Positions 44,367 to 55,478 of a DNA stretch of 64,000 nucleotides are shown here, piece by piece (positions within the stretch are counted from its first letter, which is position 1; the number at the start of each line of letters is the position of its first letter). The translations under genes and the position numbers were made by a program. The stretch is from Utricularia gibba (lineage: Eukaryota; Plantae; Magnoliophyta). Where the stretch lies: contig NEEC01000015.1 in assembly GCA_002189035.1 (NCBI GenBank), forward strand, positions 434,001-498,000, given 5' to 3'. The notes beneath the pieces are model-generated. The model was not told where the DNA came from. It ran no database searches and saw only the letters and a program-made list of their open reading frames with translations.

Positions 44367-47300
44367 TTATCCGTGGGACTGCTTTTTGTTGGCAATGGCA
44401 AGCTCTACCTTGATGATGAAAGTGGACCCCTCGGCCTCCCTCAGATACTGAACTTCTCCATTCATCATCTTCACCAGCTTTCTGCTGATGAACAGGCTAA
44501 TCCCATCCTCCGTTGCCCCGCCATCTTCTTCGAACATTTCACTCAACACTTGTTGAGGAACCCCTCCGGCGCTGTGTGTGATCCTGCGAATTCGCAAGGG
44601 AAAGGAATGAAAAACAGAGCTCTGCTCTCAGATGAAACAGGGCATGTTGTCTATTGGAACAATCCTTGTTCCCACTAGCAGCATATGTGCGGAATACAAG
44701 ATCAGCTGTCAAATGCAGGATGCTGTTGTAATGCAGTACACACCTGAACTCCAACCGGGCGAGATGAACCGAGATTCCTATGGAATTTCTAGTCAGGTTG
44801 GCCGATACCGAAACCTGGCTTCCATTTGATGCAGATGTGACTGAGGTTAGCAGGAATGCAGCCAGAACTTGTTGAAGCCTCAAACCATCCCCGAGGAGCA
44901 CGTCCCGATTGAGATCCCGGCTGACATTGTTCACCACAGTAATACTCTTGTCTCTGCTTTTCTTCATTACCTGGCTGATGGAAGCTGTAACCACATCCTG
45001 GAGATAGAATTCTACCATGTCCAAAGCCAGGTACCTTGTGATGAAGACAGAGAAAATCCCATGAGGCAATAAGCTTCAACAACTTGTACGTTTGAAAGTT
45101 TGAAATCATGAAGGTTTTTATTACAAACAGAAACATTGCTTACCCTTCAGTTATGTGATCGAGATCTGTATCATCTAGTACTCTGTTCAGCTGGTGCTGG
45201 CAGTGACCACTCATGCGTATAAGGTTCTTTTGCTTGTCATCAAGCTCAGTTCCTTCCAGCATTTTTGTTGAGAACATGACACCGGAAAGTGAACTCCTAA
45301 CCTCTCTTCTCATATATGCCAAGGCCCTCTGCGGCTTCAGTGCCTTTTGTTCGGACAACTTCTGAAGGTGAAGTGCCTGCTGCAGCTCATGACTAGCAAT
45401 ATGGAGGAAGAAGATGACACCCTTTACAGCCTCTTCCCCATCCATATTTTTGTTTACACATAGCAAGCACTCAACGTACTTCCCAGTTTTAGAGAAAAAA
45501 CCAAACGGAACCCTTTCAGAATCCTGGCCACTCAGAGCACCATTCAGCACAATACCAAGGTTTACATAATCTTCATTGCTTTTAAGACGGCAACAAGCCC
45601 CATTTGTTCCGAATATCTCCCCAAGGAGCATTTTATTGATGGCATCTTCTCGTCGCAATCCAGATACTCTGGTCATGGCTGTGTTCCACTCTGTGCACCA
45701 GCCAAATTCATCTGTTCCAAATATAGGAGGGATCAGAGGGTTGGGATTGTGGACAATGCTCTTGTAGTCTCCTTCTATCCTTGTAAACTTGTCCATCATG
45801 ATCTTTTGAGCTGTTAAGTCCTGAGCTATGAAGCATACTCCTACAGCATTCTCCTTCACATCCCGGCTTGTGCAAGCATTCACGACTAACGTGATGGGGC
45901 CTGAATCACTCTTCTGCGCATGTGTTCTTATCTGAAACTGCACATCGTGTTCTTCTTTCCCTGATCACATATCAATCAAATGATTTATTAGACACAGAAT
46001 AATACATTGATGACAAGGTAGCACATAACCATTTTGACATAGGCACCTTGAAGAGCCAGTTCAAGCATCCTACTCACAGTAGCAGATGAAGAATCCTCAA
46101 CAAGCTCCAGAAAATGCTTTCCAATCGCCTTGTCAAGGGGAAGGCCTGTTAACTCGGAGATCTTCAAATTCCATCCATTGACAAAACCATTTACATCAAC
46201 AGCAAATATGGGTACGGAGGCCGTTTCTATAAGTCGGACCATTTCTGCTGTCACTGCTTCTAACTCTTGCATCCCACCAATCTGCAGATCATTCAGCCCT
46301 GTGCGAATACTTGTTGTATTTGCATCCTTCTCTGCAGCTTTTGCGAAAGCATTCCTCAGGACAAGCTGCAAAGAGTGGATTGCATCCATTTCATCTTTCT
46401 TCCATGGTAGACTCCGCCTCTTGACAACTTCCAGGAAGGCTTTGAATGAAGATCTAGGATGCATCTTTGTTCCATCATCCTTCTCATCAGGTTCATGCTT
46501 CGCACCACCCCATCGAATAACAGAAGCTGTGTGTGATCTAAACCAAAATACCCAATCTTTATTGGTTATTTTAACCACAGCCATTCCACAGATGGCTTCA
46601 CCCAGCGCCAAAGCCCCAGGATAACCAGCATCATATAAGCTCTCCATGCTCAAACCTGTGGAATCCCTGTGGTGATCTTCTAGCCAAAAGACTATATCCT
46701 GCATCTGAAAGTCAGATGGAGTTATTCCAAGCTTGTAGTTTTTGTTCTTGTAGATCAACACAGCACCATCACATTTCACAAGATCCATGATATTGGGACT
46801 CTGAGAAACAATACTTATTGGTGCATCTCGTGCTAGCATATCACATAAGAGAGACTGAGTTTTGAGGATTCTCTTCTCCAAAATCTGATTCTCGAGTTCT
46901 ATCTCCTTGCTTACATGGATAGCAAAAACCTGAGCAAGAAACTCACAAGCGTATCTTAGAGGAAAGGGAACGAATCTAGGAGATGTGTGGTGGCACACAA
47001 CTAGACCCCATAGTCTTTTTTTGCTTTCGGAACGTGAAGAATCAGAAGCACCCTCTTCTTCTTTCTCATTAACAACAACTGCCAACACTAAAGAAGCAAT
47101 ACAATTCATATTCTCCATATATTGCAAATGGCAGCTGTGTGGAGCTCGAAGGGTTGAGCCACACAACGTCAGTTCAAAAGGAAGCTTCTTGTCTTGAAAC
47201 ACGTTTACATGATCTGCTCTACAATCACAGATCATCCGCACCTTGTTCTTCATAAACAAAAACCTTGACGCCTGCGGCACATCTGTAGCAGGATAATGCA

Positions 47301-48093
47301 AGCCCAAGTAAGGATCAAGGCCAGGTTTCGTGATCTCAGCCACAACCTCTCCATGCTCATCCTCGTGAAACTTGTATATCATAACTCTATCATAGCCAGT
47401 GAGCTCAAAAACTTCGTTCACCATTGTATCACACAGTCGCTCCATGCTCCCACCAGGCAAGGATTGCAAGCGAGAGATAGCTTTTGCTGCAAGCTTGTAC
47501 GATTGTAATGCCCCGGCAGCGGATATTGGAAGCTCTTGAGGCTTCACAGGTTCTAAGTCAACGATCAAACTACCTGTGACCCGATGGATTATAGCATAAA
47601 ATGGCTTCCCAGAAGTTTTGCAGTGAACCAAGATCGGATTCAACAGAGAGACCTCACTGAATCCGGAAGCCTTATGCAATGCTGCACTACTAGGATCAGT
47701 GAAAATGGTCCTAATATCAGAACCAATGCCGAAAGCCACATGGTCACCAACACTTGGCACCGCATGGGTAATCGTTGTGAGCATCTCATGAGCATTCTCA
47801 CTGTATGCAATTACTCTCAGAGATTTCTCATCAAGGGCCAGCAAGCAGCCAAACGGCTGGATAAACTTTCCTTTCTGTATCTGGTGCAGATAGGCACTCA
47901 CAACTTTATCAGACTTGGGCCTCTTATCTCCCTCAGTCCCATCAGTTACACGAACTGAGCTGAAATAGTTGAAAGAACTCCCGGACTCTTCAAAATCAGC
48001 ATGTAGCTTGGCGTCTATGGATGTCTGTGTAAGTATTCTTGCACTGTGCCGGGACATCGCAGAACTTGTCGAGTGAGCTGGTTGAGAAGACAT
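44367..48093 (-). CDS. PHYA: Phytochrome A; exons 48093-46047, 45960-45144, 45034-44744, 44583-44367
   Basis: [23 protein letters not shown], chromophore site [29 protein letters not shown], tongue MHPRSSF, PAS domains and HKRD; internal exons of 817 and 291 nt match the classic plant phytochrome layout. Confidence 0.96.
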
Positions 48094-49792
48094 TCTTTGA
48101 CAGCAAACCTGAAACAAGGGACAAACCAGCAAATCGACTACACATATTCCAAAAAAAGCATCATGGGTACCAAAAAGAACTCAACTTCATCATTACCCAC
48201 CTAAAGAAAAGAGCAAAACAATATCCTACTTCTCTCACATGACCTGTAAGTAACCATACAAGACTGATTCATCGCGACTCTGAAAACTACCCATCTAAAT
48301 CTGAATCCATGAGCGAATCAGACTTGAGCAACAGAAGCACCTTACCAGTAGCTTATAGGTACCAAAAACTCCTCAATTATTTGAGACCCTGAAGCAATAG
48401 ACCAAGTCAAAATCGAAAAACCAAAGCCCAGAACAAAAAGAATGAAGACACCTCACAGGCAGAGGAAAAGGGCTGCGCACCAATGGGTCATCCCCTCCTC
48501 CCACGCTTCGATTGGATCGGTTTCTGTTTCCCACCGCAGAGATGCATCATTGGGGACCGGCCTTCCATCTCCCCCCACATGCTGCAGACCCACAGAAAAC
48601 CAGTAAACAACCCCTTGCGCCCCCAGTTCCCGAAGCCACGACTACCAAAGCTATCTGGTAAAGCTTATCCCTTTTTCTTTCTGATAGGTAGTAGATAGAT
48701 ATATATATTAGATGCCCCTGGCCCGTCCTACTTTCGGAGAGGATGATTAACTTTCCGACTTTCTTTTTCCATTTTTGTATGATTCGGACAAGTATGTTTT
48801 TCCCTACAGTTTTAGTAAAAATCCATGAACACACTTTAATACTGTTTTTTCTACCATTTTATTTATTTAAAACATGATATTTCTGGAACATTCCTTTTCA
48901 AACCCAAAGCACCAAATACTTATTCTTGCAATTCTTGATTAAAAAATATATACGGGAAACCTTATAAATTCATCTTTAAAAAATCCCAATATTCGCCGCA
49001 AGTGTCATGCCTGACGTGGCATTGCGTTTGGTACGGGCACACGCACACAGATGTCTGGCACTTACTACACCTATTCAGTTACTGGTCCGGACAAAGACAT
49101 ACCTTGAACACATCATCAGCTAATTGCGTCCATGTCTGTACTGGATATGGACCCTTAACTCCTTTAACTTCCATCCCTGTGAAGGAGGACAGGAAACAGA
49201 GACGAGATGAAAAACGAAAAACTACAATGGCCTTGCGTGCAAAACTAGAAGGATTTACAGAGAAACAAGCATGCTGCATGAGAAGAAGGGCTGGCAATTA
49301 CATCTCACCTTGAGCAGTGTTCAGCAGTCAGTACCAGAGTTGGAGGATAGTACTGTGTTTCTTCAGCATCTCGTGACAGGATCCATAGCTACAGGCTGGC
49401 CACCATGTCTAGGAAATGTGAAATCAAATCTTAACCCGGGATTTACAGGAACGCAATGAATCAGCACAGAAAGCATACCACTATCAGCGATTCTAGGTTG
49501 TGGCTCTGCATTCTGAGAGAAATTCTTAAGCAGTTGACCTGCTTAACTATGAGATCATGCAGGCATTTGACTGTAACCTGCATTACAGTGATCCTTGCAT
49601 CATGTTGCTTCTTCATGTTCCACAACAAAGCAAGCGGGCCTTCACTGCATAAAGAATCAACAAATGTACCTACCAAATTCAAGGGGAAAGAAAAAAGAAG
49701 ATTTTTATGTGGTGTAAAGGAATCAGCATGAGTTCTAAAGCATCGACAATTGGGGAGGGCATCCTAATGGGAATCAGATTTCCTCTCATCAT

Positions 49793-50137
49793 TCATTCGT
49801 CTGAGAGGAAGGAGGGATTGCATTCCTGGGAATAGAAACCGTTGCCTTCGATGAATTGTCTCAGCATATCAAAAGTGAAATCCCGACTATTGGGATCACC
49901 GGTGGGCGATGCAGCGCCGTATTCGAGCGTCCGTGGCTGCTTCTTTAACCCAAAGCAGCAAAGACGCTGCTGCGGCGCGCGTTCCCATCTCGGATTCAGA
50001 TGTTTCTTGCTCTTTCCAAGCCGAAACAGAGACGGCAGTTTCACTTCCTTCCCGCAACCCCGACACTTGGTCTTCTCTCGGACTCGGCCCGCCGCATCGA
50101 CTCCCCCGCTGTTGGCCGGCGGATCCTTATCAGGCAT
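49793..50137 (-). CDS. Small plant-type protein of unknown function, single exon, 114 aa
   Basis: ORF from ATG 50137 (MPDKDPP). The C-terminus GDPNSRDFTFDMLRQFIEGNGFYSQECNP resembles a motif I recall from uncharacterised plant proteins; not database-checked. Confidence 0.65.
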   Translation of the reverse strand: MPDKDPPANSGGVDAAGRVREKTKCRGCGKEVKLPSLFRLGKSKKHLNPRWERAPQQRLCCFGLKKQPRTLEYGAASPTGDPNSRDFTFDMLRQFIEGNGFYSQECNPSFLSDE

Positions 50138-50364
50138 GCAACGCAGTCCGAGCGGCGATTGACGCAGGGGAACGGTCTGGAAGCATATAATTGGAGACAA
50201 AATAGGGGCGGAAGGCCAGAAAATCCAGATTTGTGATACGACACGGTATCGGAGAAACTGATCACGCTCCTCCCTATCGATGGACAATTTGTGCGGAGGG
50301 GGCTCGCAGGAGGAGCGGGGACGAGGGAGACGTTGGTTGGCTGTCTCAAGCGGTGGTGTCCCGC

Positions 50365-50370
50365 CACGTG
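50365..50370. promoter_or_regulatory. G-box (CACGTG) upstream of the small gene at 50137
   Basis: GCCACGTGTC context about 230 bp above the ATG; a motif match only. Confidence 0.35.
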
Positions 50371-51120
50371 TCCCACCCCATTACCCTTCGTCCCGGAAAC
50401 TGAAAATCTGTTGCCAAACCAAACTTCCAAGTTCCACCTCCCCGGCTCGCCACATCCACAGTGGGATCCATCAACCAGCACCATACCCAACCTTAGAGTC
50501 AGCCGTGGTCCAGTTCGCGCTTAGTCCAAGTTTGAGTCCATGGACTGGAGGCCTGGATGATCCCGACTCTACTGGGTCGGATTCAGTTGAAGGCAGAGCA
50601 CTGGAGCCTGGAGGAGCAGCGCAGACCCTTCAATCAGCAACGGCGTGTTTATTACCCAGTTGCCGAAAACTCTGTAGGAGAAGAGCCAGCTTTCTAGCAC
50701 CCGGCTGCTCTGGATTAGATCTGGGGCCATATGGAGTCGCCATTTTTGCCCGTTCCGAGAACATCCCCTTTGGATATCGTTCCGATTACCATTCACCAGA
50801 AAAAAGGCTTGCCCTAAACACCATCACTTTTAACTGGCATTGGATGATACGGAAGGCAGAGACAGCAACCAAAACGAGGAAACTGTTCATCAGAAGTGAA
50901 CATCGGAAAATGAATAATGAAACTAGACCTGCTTACAGTGCTCGTCGAGAAGGAAGCTTGGGATCATGGGTATGGGTGGAGTAATCTATCTAAACGCTAA
51001 AAGCCCATGCGATTGAAGTGCCAGTGGGTGGGTTCTCACAAATGGATTGGAATTGAAACTGATGATAAACATAAGCATCTGAAGTCACGAGAAGCCGCAG
51101 GTTAAAATGTCTTTCGACAA

Positions 51121-51426
51121 TCAAAAAACTACCCGGAACTGGGGAGATTTGGGGTCCCTCGCAGGGAGAATTTCCCAGCGGCAGGGCTCTATTTCCTCTG
51201 AAACTGGGCAATAGCCAGCCAGAGTCACCTGGTCTCCGGAGGCGGCGACTGAACCGAACTCAAACACCGACACTTCCGCCGCTGGAATCTCCGGTCTTCG
51301 GACCTCCATCGCTCCATTCAAACCGGGAACCTCAACCGCTTCTGTTTTTGTCCCCGCCTTGAGGATCTGCGATTCATCGCCTTTCTCCTCCGCCTTGCGT
51401 CCGTTGAACCACGAAAAAATGCCCAT
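51121..51426 (-). CDS. Small plant-type protein of unknown function, single exon, 101 aa
   Basis: MGIFSWFNGRK..EVPGLNGAMEV..VFEFGSVAASGDQVTLAGYCPVSEEIEPCRWEILPA..PQFRVVF*; the C-terminal half looks like a conserved plant domain I recall but cannot name. Confidence 0.75.
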   Translation of the reverse strand: MGIFSWFNGRKAEEKGDESQILKAGTKTEAVEVPGLNGAMEVRRPEIPAAEVSVFEFGSVAASGDQVTLAGYCPVSEEIEPCRWEILPARDPKSPQFRVVF

Positions 51427-51661
51427 TGCGCGATTCCGGAAACTCCTTCTAAGGTTTCGCACCTTGCTTATCCGATATATTTATTATACAAAGGGAGGGA
51501 GGGGGTATTCTATTAACGAATGACGAAAACACCCTTTGTGGTTTTCTTTTCTTTAACAGAAGCTCCCGCGCCGTGCCTATTAGTTGGAGAAACCCTGAAC
51601 TTCCGTCGGCGCCGCCGCGTCTTCGTCTGATAGCCGGTTCTGGTGAGGGGCTAGATAAATA

Positions 51662-54600
51662 ATGGGCATATTCGAGCCATATCGTGAAATTGGATACATA
51701 GCGGGAAACGTTCCTTTCTCGGTGCAGCGTCTCGGCACCGAGACTTTCGTTACCGTCAGCATCGGAAAAGCTTTTCAAGTTTACAATGTCAGTTTCATTT
51801 CAATTTATAGCTTTTATGTTGGAGGCAGTTCACAATTTCCTCGGTTCAGTGACTAAAATTGTTTTATCTCGTGACGTGCAGTGTTCCAAGCTTAATCTCG
51901 TAATCTCTGGTAATTTTGTAGTTCTTGTCTTGTCTAGTTCCTGCTCGGTTTGAAGGATTCTGTTCTACTTTGTGCCGGCTGCTCGTAAGTTTGGGAATGG
52001 CTTACGCTTTCTCTTGGATTGCAGGCCCCCAGCTACCAAAGAAAATCAGAGCTTTAGCCTCATATCGTGAATATACATTTGCAGCGTACGGGAAACATAT
52101 TGCTATTGTGAGGCGTGCCCATCTGGTATGTGATTGTACGTAGTAGTATGATCAAACACTGTTCATGTTTTGCTTCCCTAACCAGATATTAGCAATGATG
52201 CCTGCCATGCTTTGGAAACTAATGATATGTGAAACTTGGCTGATTGTTGCATCACGTATTTATTGCATTATATCACACCTTCCTTGATATCATACTTTGT
52301 ATGATATTGGTTTGGCTATGTGGTTAGATATTGTCAAGAATTTGGAACGTGCCTATTTTTATGCTGTGTACAATTAAATCGTTAGTGGCCATGCTTTACT
52401 GGGATAATCCTTTTACAGGTGGCAACTTGCAGTGGACATACTTCTAAGATCAATCATTTGCTACTATTTGGCGAACACATTATAAGCACTGATGTTAAGG
52501 GAAGTGTGTACATCTGGCCCTTTAAGGGGCATTCAAATAGTATATCTCCTGTAGGCCATATATGTCTAGAAAGCAAATTTACTCCGAGCTGCTTGATGCA
52601 TCCAGATACATATTTGAATAAGGTAGTCCTTCACATGTCACTGGCATAGGACTATACTGATGCAGAATTGTTTTTTAACCTTTTGTTATCTAAACCGTTT
52701 TTTCCATGTTATAAAATAGGTAATTATTGGAAGTCAAGAAGGCTCATTTCAACTATGGAACATCAGCACAAAGAAAAAACTCTATGATTTTAAAGGATGG
52801 AATGCTGCCATATGCTGCTGTGTTTCATCACCAGCACTACATGTAGTCGCTCTTGGCTGTGCTGATGGGAGAGTTCATGTTCACAATATATATACGGATG
52901 AAAAGCTTTTTACGTTTGCTCACTCCACTCGTGGTGCTGTGACTGCTTTATCATTTTGCACAGATGGACGCCCTTTATTGGCATCTGGTGATTCATCTGG
53001 TGTCATATGTCTATGGAATCTTGAGAAGAATAGACTTCATTCTGTTATCGGAGAAGCCCATAACGGTTCTGTAATCTCTCTCTACTTTTTCCCAAGAGAG
53101 CCTGTGTTAATGAGTTCATCAGCTGACAACTCTATAAAAACGTGGATATTTGACACCAGTGATGGGGATGCTCGTCTTCTGCGCTTTAGAAGTGGTCATA
53201 GTGCACCACCTCTATGTATTAAGTTCTATGCTAATGGAAGGCACATACTCTCTGCTGGGCGAGATCGGTCCTTTCGGCTTTTCTCCATAGTACAGGATCA
53301 GCAGAGCAAAGAACTTTCTCAGCGCCATGTATCAAAGAGAGCAAAAAAGCTAAAGCTGAGTGATGCTGAAATCAAACTTAAACCTGTAATTGCATTTGAT
53401 GTAGCAGAAATCAGGGAGCGTGATTGGTGTAACGTAGTCACATGCCACCTGGATACAGCCAAAGCATACGTGTGGAGGCTTCAAAATTTTGTCATCGGAG
53501 AGCATATTCTTTCACCACGCCATAAGAGCCGAACTCCAGCTAAGGCATGTGCTATCAGTGCATGTGGAAATTTTGCACTAGTAGGTAATGCTGGTGGTTG
53601 GATTGAGCGCTTCAATCTTCAGTCAGGAAACAGTCGAGGCAGCTATATCGACAAGTCAGGGGGGAATCTCTCTGCGCATGAGGGTGAAGTGATTGGCATT
53701 GCTTGTGATTCAACAAATACCATTTTGATTAGTGCCGGTTTCCATGGGGATATTAAAGTATGGGATTTTAAGGGACTAACATTAAAATTTAGAATGGATA
53801 TGGGTTGTACACTGGTTAAAATTGTCTACCACCGTTATAATGGCCTTCTAGCAGTCATGGCTGATGATTTACTCATCCGGTTGTTTGATGTTGTTGCACA
53901 GCGAATTGTTAGGAAATTTGAAGGTCATACGGACCGTATAACCGATGCTTGCTTTAGTGAGGATGGTAAGTGGCTTTTAACTTCTAGTATGGATAGTACT
54001 GTCAGGGTGTGGGATGTAATCCTAGCAAGAGGGATTGATGTGTTGAACGTCGATGTGCCTGTGATAGCGCTTTCTTTGTCACCGGGTATGGATGTTTTAG
54101 CAAGTGCTCATGTGGATCAGAATGGGATATATCTGTGGGTCAATCAGGAAATGTTTTCTGTGCCAAGTAAAGCTGTTTCCTTTGGGCGTATGAAGGACAA
54201 TGCTGGTTCCTTGGGCAGCGGTTTTGATGAGGCTGAAGAAAACCATCAAGAAAAGCAAGATGAACAGAGTTTTCACGTTTCATGTGATCACCTACTTGAT
54301 CTCGTGACTCTTTCTATGCTGCCCAAGACCCAGTGGCAAAGCTTGATCAACTTGGATTTAATAAAAGCTCGTAACAAGCCAATTGATCCTCCAAAGAAGC
54401 CAGAGAAGGCACCATTTTTCTTGCCATCAATTCCATCTCTCTCTGGAGACATTGTGTTTAAGCCTGGTGTATCTGCAGAAGGTGAGGATAAACAGATAGC
54501 TGAGGTAGAAAAGAAACAGGAAAAGAGTGGCATTGCAGTTACACAGTTTCTACAGCTTCTTGAATCATCATCCAGGGAAGGGAACTGTAAGTTCAGTATT

Positions 54601-55183
54601 CTTATACTCTCCATGTAACTGCACAAATCTAGTTATGCTCACATTTGAATGTGCTTCCAGTCGCAGCTTTTACAGATTACGTCAAGGGCTTATCGGCTTC
54701 AAGCTTGGATATGGAATTGAGGGTGCTTCAGATTATAGATGATGTCGACGAGGAAGATCTCATGAAGAAACCTGAAACACACTTCATTTTACTCCTGATG
54801 GAATATTTCATCCATGAGATCTCAAGGGGTCACAACTTCGAGTTCATACAAGCTCAAATCCGTTTATTCTTGACGGTATGTACCCATCTCCATTTTTCCA
54901 TTTTTATTTTTATTTTTTTTGATAACGCGAGCCAAAGCGATGGAAATTTTTCATTGTTGGAGCTAATAGTGTCAGTGCTGAGTAATGTTTTTTTCGCAGT
55001 TATTCTCATATAGTTTCGCTTGTTTCATGACAGATTCACGGGGAAACCATAAGACGGCAGCAAGTTGTACGAGATAAAGCTCAGAAACTGCTCGAGACTC
55101 ACTCCGCTGTCTGGCAAAAACTCGATAAGATGTTTCAGAGCGCCAGATGCACCTTGACATTTCTCAGCAACTCACAGTTTTGA
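51662..55183 (+). CDS. UTP21: U3 snoRNP-associated protein 21 (UTP21/WDR36), WD40 protein; 7 exons including a 1867-nt exon 52720-54586
   Basis: MGIFEPYREIGY, many WD repeats, HPDTYLNK, RFRSGHSAPP, EIRERDWCNVVTCH, LVTLSMLPKTQWQSLINLDLIKARNKP..PPKKPEKAPFFLP, FEFIQAQIRLFL; stop 55181-55183. Confidence 0.94.
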
Positions 55184-55478
55184 GCATGCCTGTCTTATTG
55201 CAGGCTTTTTTATATTTGAATGACTGGAGAGCATACAGATGGCCATTTTCTCTATAGTATTACCATTTTGTTGCCCATGTTTTCATATTTGACCTCAGTT
55301 TCTCAATGAGTTTGCCATTGCAGAAGGCCACAGCAACTTGTAATGATTCATGGGATCTTTGGAAGGTTTTACATAGAAACAATACAAGGAAACTGCTCTT
55401 CACAGATATTATAACTATCCCATTGCCCTTGTAGAATGATGGTGAGGTAAACTGCCACCAGCCACAGGAGCATCATCA

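Noticed and set aside
44073-44678. 201-aa plus-strand ORF antisense to the PHYA 3' end
   Set aside because: GTG start, runs through a microsatellite and the antisense of exon 4; no recognisable protein features.
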